Assembly (NCBI GenBank): GCA_040260805.1
Contig: JBDQPD010000032.1
Span: forward strand, 1-33,829
Direction: 5' to 3'
DNA: 33,829 bases
Source: Myxococcota bacterium
GTDB lineage: Bacteria; Myxococcota; UBA4151
Shown here: positions 9,981-17,736 of the stretch, one piece after another
Numbering within the stretch: the stretch's first letter is position 1
Layout of the letters: every line of letters begins with the position of its first letter
Notes under the pieces: generated by a model
What the model was told of the DNA's origin: nothing
The model's input: the letters and a program-made list of their open reading frames with translations, nothing else
Database searches by the model: none
Translations under genes and position numbers: made by a program

Positions 9981-11495
9981 TTAGAACCGGTAAGTAAGAT
10001 CAGCCCCGACGACTTCACGAGCGAGGTCTGCGTTAAACACTCGGTCTTCATTTTGACCGTTCACGGGGCGCGCCATCGTGCGCAAGCCGCTGAGGGCTGC
10101 CATGTACCGCTTATACCCTAAGGTGAGCGTGATCGGGACACTCGGAGCTTGGAACCATACCCCAGCGCCAAAACTGGTCTGCAGCGAAGGCCAAGTGAAC
10201 GCGTCGGACGGGTCACGCCGAGGCGTTCCCGTTCCGCCGACCGATTCACCATTTTGGTTCACATCAAACTGAAGATTGTGGACCTGGCCGTGACTCAGGT
10301 TCAAACCCAAACCGCCACCAACAAAGGCTCCAACCGGCGCCCTGCCAAACTGTACGTCCAAGCGACCGTCGAGCTGGATAAAGCGAACATAATCGTACTG
10401 ATACCAGAACTCTTCGCCCGCTTCGTCAGTGGCTTCGTCAGGATGCGAGAGCTTAAGCCAAGCCTCGTCTTGACCCGACTCAGAGTTGGTAATCGAATGC
10501 GTCGGCAAGGTGCCAGCGCTAAAGCCGACTCCCAGGCGAACACCTGGCGTTCCAAGCGGTAAACGTAACTGAGCGACGAGCGCAATCGAGTTACCCGCGG
10601 TGGCTACGCCGTCAGCTCCGCTGACCAACGAAGGACCAACGCTCAATCCGACCTCGCCCGCTAGACCGCCCTTTTTCCAGTCAGCGATTCGCTTTTGCTC
10701 GTCCGCTTTACGCTTCTTCGCATCCGCCGAAGCTTTGGCGGCTAACTCGGTGGCGTTCGCTTCTTCAGCTTTGCGCATCTTATCGAGTGCGGCTTGTTTC
10801 TCAGCTTCAATCTTAGCGATCCGCTCCGCGTCAGCCGCTTGCTGCTTTTCAAGCTCAGCTTGCATCGACTTGCGATCCGCGTCGGCGACCACTTTCCAAG
10901 GCGCTAGACCCGTCAAGCCTTTGGGAGCGGATGCCTTCTTAGCGGCCCCGACCTCAGGAACAACCATCGTCGCCGGAGCGCCATCCGCTCGTGCTTTAAA
11001 ATTATGCAGCCCCACACCCAGTTCGGTGACCGCTTTGGACACGCTCATCAGGTCGAGTTCGGCGAGCACAACCGAGCGCTCTTTGCGTTTCGCAAAGGCT
11101 CCATCGGCTCGAAGGCCACTGATCCACACCGTGACCAGGCCACCCTTCTCACCCAGCGGTTTGATCCGAACGCGCGCCACGCCGCCAAGAGCGGAGAACG
11201 CGTTGCGGAGGGTCTCGCCACACACAGCGCCCTCACAGCCAGCTTGCAGCAACGAGCGCAGCTGCACGCCGATCGGATCACGAAGCAGCTTCTTGCCGGA
11301 CAGATCCACAAGGTTACCGTCCTGCAATCGGCGGCTGATCATCCGTTGCTTTTCGAGACTAGACGCCAGCGCAGCGACAGCTGCTAGGCGAACATCTTCG
11401 GTCGCTGTCTTGGCCTTGGGGCCAAGCACAAGGATGCGATTATTGGTGGCGCCAGGAACAATGGCGGCGAGAAGAACTGCGAGCTGAATCAGCAA
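9981..11495 (-). CDS. Secreted/outer-membrane protein: N-terminal domain, TolA-like Ala/Lys/Glu coiled coil, C-terminal beta-barrel
   Basis: Hydrophobic signal peptide; helical AEK-rich stretch; alternating beta-strands (GVRLGVGF, FVGGGLGL, FGAGVWF, LTLGYKRY); terminal beta-signal LTYRF. 3-nt gap to the lipase gene. Confidence 0.65.
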   Translation of the reverse strand: MLIQLAVLLAAIVPGATNNRILVLGPKAKTATEDVRLAAVAALASSLEKQRMISRRLQDGNLVDLSGKKLLRDPIGVQLRSLLQAGCEGAVCGETLRNAFSALGGVARVRIKPLGEKGGLVTVWISGLRADGAFAKRKERSVVLAELDLMSVSKAVTELGVGLHNFKARADGAPATMVVPEVGAAKKASAPKGLTGLAPWKVVADADRKSMQAELEKQQAADAERIAKIEAEKQAALDKMRKAEEANATELAAKASADAKKRKADEQKRIADWKKGGLAGEVGLSVGPSLVSGADGVATAGNSIALVAQLRLPLGTPGVRLGVGFSAGTLPTHSITNSESGQDEAWLKLSHPDEATDEAGEEFWYQYDYVRFIQLDGRLDVQFGRAPVGAFVGGGLGLNLSHGQVHNLQFDVNQNGESVGGTGTPRRDPSDAFTWPSLQTSFGAGVWFQAPSVPITLTLGYKRYMAALSGLRTMARPVNGQNEDRVFNADLAREVVGADLTYRF

Positions 11496-11630
11496 AGAAT
11501 CGCCCTTTCTTGAGCACCGCTACGCGGTGTAGGCTTAGCCGGGACGCTGACACGTTCCCTGTGGACGGTCAAATACCCTACATGACACGAAAGACAAATC
11601 CCGTTAGTCGCCGCAGGCAAGGAGATGGCC

Positions 11631-12305
11631 ATGGTCAAGGTTTTGGATAAAGGATTCATCGACGTCGTCGACGTGATGGGAAGCGACTTGAGTGTCGTGA
11701 ATGCGGCACGTGTTAGCTTCGGAAAGCGCAAAGAGGAGATGACGCCCGGCGATTCCAAGCTGATCCGCTATCTGTGGACTCACATGCACACCTCGCCCTT
11801 TCGTCACGCCAGCATTCAGTTCCACTTGAAAGCACCGATCTTTGTCCTGCGCCAGTGGATGAAGCATCAGGTGGGTTGCGCCTGGAATGAAATTTCTGGC
11901 CGCTATGTGGTCTTTGAGCCTGACTTTTACGTGCCGGCTAACTGGCGCGAACAACACGAGAGCAACAAGCAAGGCTCCAAAGGCTCAATCGCTGATCAAA
12001 ACGAGGCCACCCGGCTCTACGAAGCAACGCTTCAACAACAGTTTGATGCGTACAATGAGCTTCTGGCTCAAGGGGTTTGTAAGGAGCAAGCGCGCATGGT
12101 GCTCCCGGTGGCTACCTACTCGGAATGTTATTGGACCTGCTCACTGCAAGCGATCATGCATTTCTTGAGCCTCCGGCTGGACGCTCACTCCCAGTGGGAA
12201 ATTCGTCAGTATGCCGCGGCGGTCTTCGCCTTGGTCAAAGAACGCTTTGCGGTCAGTCTCGAGCAGATGGAGCTGCCCGACGATATTGAACTGCCAGAAC
12301 TCTAG
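11631..12305 (+). CDS. thyX: FAD-dependent thymidylate synthase
   Basis: VVNAARVS, HTSPF, APIFVLRQW, NEISGRY, EQARMVLP, LRLDAHSQWEIR. GGAG SD favours ATG 11631 over 11625. Confidence 0.95.
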   Translation: MVKVLDKGFIDVVDVMGSDLSVVNAARVSFGKRKEEMTPGDSKLIRYLWTHMHTSPFRHASIQFHLKAPIFVLRQWMKHQVGCAWNEISGRYVVFEPDFYVPANWREQHESNKQGSKGSIADQNEATRLYEATLQQQFDAYNELLAQGVCKEQARMVLPVATYSECYWTCSLQAIMHFLSLRLDAHSQWEIRQYAAAVFALVKERFAVSLEQMELPDDIELPEL

Positions 12306-12314
12306 GAACCGACC

Positions 12315-13589
12315 ATGCTCGATATCAACGTCATTCGCCGAGACAGCGATCGCGTCAAAGCTGCGGTCGCACGCAAGAAATTCCCTGTCGATATTGATGA
12401 ACTGTTAAACGTCGATGAACAGAGGCGTCAGCTGGCTGGGCAAGTGGATGGTTTGCGCGCGAAGCGCAAAGAGATCTCCGGATCGATCCCTCGACTCGAC
12501 GGCGAAGCCAAAGCCGAAGCGATCGCCCAAGGGCGTGCGCTGCGAGAGGACATCGCCAAGCTTGAAGAAACTCAACGTCACAACGAATCACGCTTTGATG
12601 AGTTGATGATGCTGGTGCCGGGTCTACCGGTCGACGGTATTCCAGACGGCGCAAGCGATGAGGACAACCTTGAGGTCCGCCGAGTGGGTGAACTCCCCAG
12701 CTTTGACTTCGAGGCTAAAGATCATGTCGAGCTGTGCGAAACGCTCGGCTTGGCGGACTTCACAAGAGCCGCAAAATTTGCAGGGGGTCGAGCCTATCTG
12801 CTGACCGGCCATGGCGCTTTGCTTGAATATGCGGTGACTCGCTTTGCCATGGATCTGCTGATGCAGCGCGGCTGGAGTCCGATGGTCGTTCCGCTCCTGG
12901 TCAACGAGAAAGCGATGTTCGGCACGGGGTTCTTTCCCCACGGCCTCGAAGACACGTACCAACTACCCAACGATGATTTGTATTTAGTAGGGACCTCTGA
13001 AGTCAGCTTAGTCTCGATTCATCGCGATGAGGTCTTAGGCTCGGAAGCGTTGCCGGTCCGATACGCAGGGATGACCACGTGCTTTCGACGTGAAGCCGGC
13101 AATTACGGTCGCGATACCCGTGGGCTTTATCGAGTTCACCAGTTCCAAAAGGTCGAACAAGTTTCGATCATCGAAGCCAGCGAGGAGGCGAGCGAAGCCG
13201 AGCACTATCGGTTGCTCGATAACTCAGAGTCGATCCTCAAAGCGCTGGGTATCCCCTATCGAGTGGCGCTCGCCTGCACCCAAGAGCTGGGCATGGGGCA
13301 AGCGCGTAAGCACGAGATCGAGAGCTGGATGCCGAGCCGGCAAGCCTACTGTGAAACGCACAGCTGCTCGACGATGCATGACTTTCAAGCGCGCCGAAGC
13401 AACCTGCGTTATCGGCCAGAGGCTCAAGCCAAACCCTTGTTTGCCCACACGCTCAACAACACAGCGATCGCCAGCCCGCGCTTTCTGATCCCGCTGCTCG
13501 AGCTCAACCAGCAAGCTGATGGTTCGGTCGTGATCCCCGAGCCGCTTCGACCCTATATGAACGGGACCGAAGTGCTGGAGCCTAAGTGA
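12315..13589 (+). CDS. serS: Serine--tRNA ligase
   Basis: MLDI start with a coiled-coil arm; GTSE; motif 2 FRREAG...RGLYRVHQFQKVE; HTLNNTAIA.R; IPEPLRPYM. Confidence 0.97.
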   Translation: MLDINVIRRDSDRVKAAVARKKFPVDIDELLNVDEQRRQLAGQVDGLRAKRKEISGSIPRLDGEAKAEAIAQGRALREDIAKLEETQRHNESRFDELMMLVPGLPVDGIPDGASDEDNLEVRRVGELPSFDFEAKDHVELCETLGLADFTRAAKFAGGRAYLLTGHGALLEYAVTRFAMDLLMQRGWSPMVVPLLVNEKAMFGTGFFPHGLEDTYQLPNDDLYLVGTSEVSLVSIHRDEVLGSEALPVRYAGMTTCFRREAGNYGRDTRGLYRVHQFQKVEQVSIIEASEEASEAEHYRLLDNSESILKALGIPYRVALACTQELGMGQARKHEIESWMPSRQAYCETHSCSTMHDFQARRSNLRYRPEAQAKPLFAHTLNNTAIASPRFLIPLLELNQQADGSVVIPEPLRPYMNGTEVLEPK

Positions 13590-14062
13590 CCCGTTTGACC
13601 CACTTAGACGCTAACGGCAAAGCCCAGATGGTCGACGTCTCGGACAAAGCCGCGACGGTACGCGAGGCGACCGCTCAGGGGAAAATCTGCCTCAAGCCCG
13701 AGACCGTTGAGCTTCTCTACAGCGGCGGATTGCCGAAAGGCGATGCGCTCGGTGTTGCGCGCATCGCAGCGATCCAAGCCGCCAAAAAGACCTCTGATTT
13801 GATCCCCCTTTGCCACCCCTTGATGATCGACAAAGTCGAGGTTGAGTTCAGTCAAGAACCTGATGCGATCGTGCTCACGGCGGTGGTCCGATGCAGCGGA
13901 AAAACAGGCGTCGAGATGGAAGCACTGACCGCAGTCTCGGTAGGCTTGCTCGCGCTTTATGACATGGTCAAAGCGGTCGAACGCAGCGCTCGGATTGATG
14001 GCATTGCGTTGATTGAGAAGCGAGGCGGAAAGACCGGCCACTGGACCGCTTCGAGCGACTAA
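13586..14062 (+). CDS. moaC: Cyclic pyranopterin monophosphate synthase MoaC
   Basis: LTHLD..G.AQMVDVSDK, LIPLCH, TGVEMEAL, YDMVKAV, KRGGKTG. GTGA overlap with the serS stop. Confidence 0.96.
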   Translation: MTRLTHLDANGKAQMVDVSDKAATVREATAQGKICLKPETVELLYSGGLPKGDALGVARIAAIQAAKKTSDLIPLCHPLMIDKVEVEFSQEPDAIVLTAVVRCSGKTGVEMEALTAVSVGLLALYDMVKAVERSARIDGIALIEKRGGKTGHWTASSD

Positions 14063-15708
14063 AGCTTACACAAGTTGACCAGGATCGGCGCCTGTTCGGT
14101 TCCGACGTTATGCGCCTTGCATCGTAAGCCCGCGCAATCCGCATCCGTGCAACACGTGTCCGAGCATCGGTTGTCAAAACAACTCGAGGACAAGCAGTCG
14201 TTATCGACCTGACAGGCGGCGCCGGCAAGGCCTTGACCCTGACCCTGAGCACGTCCGCAGACTTTAACAATGATGTTGCCCGCCTGATCAATAATCGTCG
14301 GATTGCACGACAGCCCTGGACTGCAATCTGCAGCGCTGCAGCAGAGCGGCTGGCACTGGTTGGTGGTGTTGTCGCAAAGACCGGAGCGGCAGCTGTGGTT
14401 GCCGGGCGCACACGCAGAGCCGTTCGGGGCGAGCCCACTGGCGCTACCGCACAGTCGAGCGATCGAACCATTTTGGTCTAGGGCCATCGCCATACACGCC
14501 TGAACGTTACCGCAGTGTTGATCACGGCTGCAATCTCGCTGACAAAAGGCGCCCTGCTGAGTGTTGGCACAAATCCCCGAGCGACAAGCCGCTGGGCTTT
14601 GGCAAGCTTGTCCCTCAACCCCCGACAGCGGCCCACCTGCCCGAGTCGATGGGACACAAAAGCTCATCGCCGAGCCCAGCAGAGTCGTACACATCGACGC
14701 CAAGGGACAATCCTGGCTATGCCCACAGGCTTGTGAGCAAAATATCTCTTGGTTCCAAACCCCGGCGAAGCCACTTTGGCACTGCGAAGCTGCGGCGGTC
14801 GGTTGGCCGTAGGCTAGTCGTCCTTGTTGCCCTCGCGGCACACATTGACCATTTTGGCAGGATTGGTTGTCAGGACACTCTCCGTCGTGAGCGCAGCCCC
14901 CTTGTTGCTGCGTCACGCACTGTCCGTTGCGACAACGTTGGTCTGGAGGACATTCCTGATCAGAGGTGCATCCTTGGTTTCCGCCAACGCATTGATTATC
15001 GGTGCATGTTTGCCCCTCATCACAATGTCGATCCGTGCCGCATTCCACACAGCGACCTTGAGCACAAACCGGCATCGATCCGGGGCAGTCTTGGTTGCGC
15101 TCACAGTCTTGAGCGGGGCCTTCGCAGCGGTTGTTCTGACAACGCTCATCGCCCTCGCAGTGGCTGTCGATCGTGCAAGCGACGCAGGCATCTCCAACGC
15201 AATGCGGCGTAGCCCCTTCACAAGAAGGCTCACAGGCGCCCCCGCCGCACAGACCTAGTCCGGTCTCATCATCGATTGCTTCACAATCTTGTCCCTCAGC
15301 GCAGCCCTCTCGGGTCCAGCATTGATCACCGGTAAGCTCCGTGCATTCAAACCGAGGTTTTGCGCAGTACATCTGGGCACCACACTCCTGATGCCTTTGG
15401 CAGGGGTTGCCCACTTGAGGGGTTCGGCATTCTCCTTGGCTGCATACCATCCCTGCGAGGCAATCCCATGCGCCCTGGCATTCGTTGACGATCGGCTGGC
15501 AAGCACCTCGGCGGCACACCTCACCGCCACCACACTCGCCATCGTTCACGCAGCTTCGAATCGAGCTCGAGCACAAGCCATTGTGACACACCGAACCGCT
15601 CACACAGTCAGCGGTTCGAGCACAGGCTTCACCATCTTGGACAGGCCCGCAGGCAGCGAGGCTTAGCGCACTGAAAAACAAAGCAAACCGTCGGTTTGAG
15701 CGCATCAT
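14059..15708 (-). CDS. Cysteine-rich repeat lipoprotein (myxobacterial Dickkopf-like C-x2-D-x2-C-x2-G-x2-C-x2-G-x-C repeats)
   Basis: Lipobox LAAC after MRSNRRF. Tandem small Cys modules (CVNDGECGGGEVCRRGAC, CTSDQECPPDQRCRNGQC, CAHDGECPDNQSCQNGQC); C-terminal G.AC....C.SG.C modules. Confidence 0.85.
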   Translation of the reverse strand: MMRSNRRFALFFSALSLAACGPVQDGEACARTADCVSGSVCHNGLCSSSIRSCVNDGECGGGEVCRRGACQPIVNECQGAWDCLAGMVCSQGECRTPQVGNPCQRHQECGAQMYCAKPRFECTELTGDQCWTREGCAEGQDCEAIDDETGLGLCGGGACEPSCEGATPHCVGDACVACTIDSHCEGDERCQNNRCEGPAQDCERNQDCPGSMPVCAQGRCVECGTDRHCDEGQTCTDNQCVGGNQGCTSDQECPPDQRCRNGQCVTQQQGGCAHDGECPDNQSCQNGQCVPRGQQGRLAYGQPTAAASQCQSGFAGVWNQEIFCSQACGHSQDCPLASMCTTLLGSAMSFCVPSTRAGGPLSGVEGQACQSPAACRSGICANTQQGAFCQRDCSRDQHCGNVQACMAMALDQNGSIARLCGSASGLAPNGSACAPGNHSCRSGLCDNTTNQCQPLCCSAADCSPGLSCNPTIIDQAGNIIVKVCGRAQGQGQGLAGAACQVDNDCLSSSCFDNRCSDTCCTDADCAGLRCKAHNVGTEQAPILVNLCKL

Positions 15709-15756
15709 AAAAGACTATTCTTCCCGTAAGTTCGTGCGTAGTGGGGCGGCAACACG

Positions 15757-16065
15757 ATGCCACAGCCAGCGCGAGAGGGCGAGTTCACGACCATGGTGCT
15801 ACGCGGACCCAGCGAAAAACAGCAGTGGGCATTAATGGCTCGCTACGGAACCGTTGGCATCGAGATGGGCCTCTGCGTCGTCTTCGGTTGGTATATGGGC
15901 ATCACGGCAGACGACTGGTTTGGAACGGCTCCCTACGGTCTGAATCTAGGCCTTATGTTCGGCGTGGCAGCAGCGTTCAATGCGCTGTGGCGGATGTATA
16001 AGGTGATGGTGGCTGACACCGAGAACGAAAAACAGACCCCCGACGCTGATGAACCTGACGCCTGA
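15757..16065 (+). CDS. atpZ: AtpZ/AtpI-family ATP synthase accessory protein (start may be ATG 15793)
   Basis: Two TM helices with G.Y.G..AD.WFGTAPYG...GL..GVAAAF; first gene upstream of atpB. Confidence 0.85.
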   Translation: MPQPAREGEFTTMVLRGPSEKQQWALMARYGTVGIEMGLCVVFGWYMGITADDWFGTAPYGLNLGLMFGVAAAFNALWRMYKVMVADTENEKQTPDADEPDA

Positions 16066-16429
16066 TCAAACCCGAGCAGCTCGGGTATTTGAGTTCGCGC
16101 TGATCGGCTCTGCAACGGCCTTATTGGCCGGTGCCGGCCTGCTCGGATTTAGTCGCCTCATTCCTGGGGGGCTCATCGGCGCCGCATTGGCGGTGGTTAA
16201 CGTCCGACTGACGCGCCGAATCACGCAGTCTTATTTGGAATCTCCAACTCGAGAAAAAGCCACCGCCTCCGCTTGGTTGATCGTCAAGATTTTTTGCGTG
16301 CTTGCGTGCGTGGGAGCCGTCGTGTACCTGCGCCCCGAGCTCGCGCCAGGCATGGCACTCGGGTTCACCTCGGTGCTTCCCGCATCGTTGATTTTGGCTG
16401 CGAACTACGCGTTGAAAAGGTTGGAGTAA
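16049..16429 (+). CDS. atpI: ATP synthase protein I-like membrane protein
   Basis: Four TM segments including GAALAVVN; positioned between atpZ and atpB. Confidence 0.7.
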   Translation: MNLTPDQTRAARVFEFALIGSATALLAGAGLLGFSRLIPGGLIGAALAVVNVRLTRRITQSYLESPTREKATASAWLIVKIFCVLACVGAVVYLRPELAPGMALGFTSVLPASLILAANYALKRLE

Positions 16430-16432
16430 TCT

Positions 16433-17191
16433 ATGGATCCTCACTCCTCATGGCTCGTCTTAGTGCCCGGGTATGAAAGCCTGGTTGCGACGCTTCAAAA
16501 CAATCTGATCTTTGGTGACGCCAGCGTGGTCGTCGCGCAGCACCTCGTGGGTGCGATGCTGGTGGTGATCTTCTTATTGGTCGGCACCTCGATGTCGAGT
16601 CGCCACTTTCGCAGCACGCCGGTGCCGGCAAAGACCTTTGGGTTTACCCTGATCTTTGATGCGATCTTGGGCGGCGTTGCGGGCATGTGCCGAGACCTGA
16701 TCGGGACCAGCGAGTGGAAGCGCTACTTCCCCTTGATCGCCACCTTAGCGCTCTTTATTTTGTTCAGTAACCTCATGGGTTTGGTCCCCGGCTTTGCGCC
16801 TCCAACGGACAACCTAGAGACGACTGCGGTCTGCGCCGTCATCGTCTTCTTGTACTACAACTTTCATTCGCTTCGTCGAAACGGAATCGGACACATCGCG
16901 CACATGGCAAACCCTGCCGGCATGGGCTGGACCTGGGCGCTAGCACCGTTGATGTTCCCGATCGAGTTGATCGGACATTTGGCTCGACCCTTGAGCTTGG
17001 CGCTGCGTCTGCGCGGTAACATGGTCGGTGACCATGCGGTGATCGCTGCATTTGCTGGCATCTTACCGATCGTTCTTCCCCTGCCTTTCTTGGTCATGGG
17101 GCTGCTCGTTTGCTGCCTGCAAGCGTATGTCTTTTGCATGCTCAGCGCGATCTATATCGGCATGGGCGTGGAACAGCACGAGGATCACTAA
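16433..17191 (+). CDS. atpB: F0 ATP synthase subunit a
   Basis: GGAG SD. FILFSNLMGLVPG..PPT, IELIGHLARPLSLALRLRGNM (essential Arg), LQAYVFCMLS..YI. Confidence 0.96.
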   Translation: MDPHSSWLVLVPGYESLVATLQNNLIFGDASVVVAQHLVGAMLVVIFLLVGTSMSSRHFRSTPVPAKTFGFTLIFDAILGGVAGMCRDLIGTSEWKRYFPLIATLALFILFSNLMGLVPGFAPPTDNLETTAVCAVIVFLYYNFHSLRRNGIGHIAHMANPAGMGWTWALAPLMFPIELIGHLARPLSLALRLRGNMVGDHAVIAAFAGILPIVLPLPFLVMGLLVCCLQAYVFCMLSAIYIGMGVEQHEDH

Positions 17192-17288
17192 TATTGAGTT
17201 CACAAGCGCCCCCGCGGTGGAGAGAGTAAGGTTCGTGGTGAGGGGGATAGCATGAAGATTTACGCCCATTGGGCAAAGGAGCATTTCG

Positions 17289-17579
17289 ATGCGTAACTTG
17301 TTTGGATTTGTAGTTGTTTTGGTCACCTCGAGCGTAGCTTTTGCTGCCGACGGCGGCGGCGGTGGTGGTCTCGCAGCGATCGGTGCTGGCTTGGCGATCG
17401 GCCTGGCAGCCTTTGGTGGCGCCCTGGGTCAGGGTAATGCAGCCGGTGCTGGTTTGGAAGCCATGGGTCGCAACCCGAACGCTAGCCTGATGGCTCCGTT
17501 CATTGTCGGTCTTGCGCTCATCGAATCGCTGGTGATTTACGGCCTCCTGGTCGCGTTCCAGTTGATCGGTAAAATCTAG
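17289..17579 (+). CDS. atpE: F0 ATP synthase subunit c
   Basis: AAGGAG SD. Gly-rich helix 1, RNP loop, LALIESLVIY with the conserved Glu; signal-like N-terminal extension (VAFAA). Confidence 0.97.
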   Translation: MRNLFGFVVVLVTSSVAFAADGGGGGGLAAIGAGLAIGLAAFGGALGQGNAAGAGLEAMGRNPNASLMAPFIVGLALIESLVIYGLLVAFQLIGKI

Positions 17580-17620
17580 TCAAAAACGCTCGAGAAACCG
17601 GGCGGTTTGATGAATGGATT

Positions 17621-17651
17621 CGGCGGCGCTTTGCTGCCGTTTCCTTTTTTT
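17621..17651 (+). terminator. Rho-independent terminator of the atpZIBE unit
   Basis: Stem CGGCGGC / GCTGCCG (one G-U pair) followed by TTTCCTTTTTTT. A second imperfect hairpin lies at 17580-17610. Confidence 0.8.
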
Positions 17652-17736
17652 ACCCACGCGAGCGCCCAATCCGTTGCGGGCGGGGGCAATGGCCGGTAAG
17701 GTTCTGATCGAATGGCTCCAGACTTGGAGGACGGTC

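Noticed and set aside
10600..11487. 295-aa plus-strand ORF
   Set aside because: Antisense shadow of the outer-membrane protein gene; no SD or recognisable motif.
15757..17579. Incomplete ATP synthase operon as gene loss
   Set aside because: Separation of atpIBE from atpFHAGDC is a known normal arrangement in deltaproteobacterial lineages.
17614..17736. Upstream start for paralog 1 given in the ORF track
   Set aside because: It runs through the terminator; ATG 17737 has a GGAGG SD and gives a proper lipoprotein signal.
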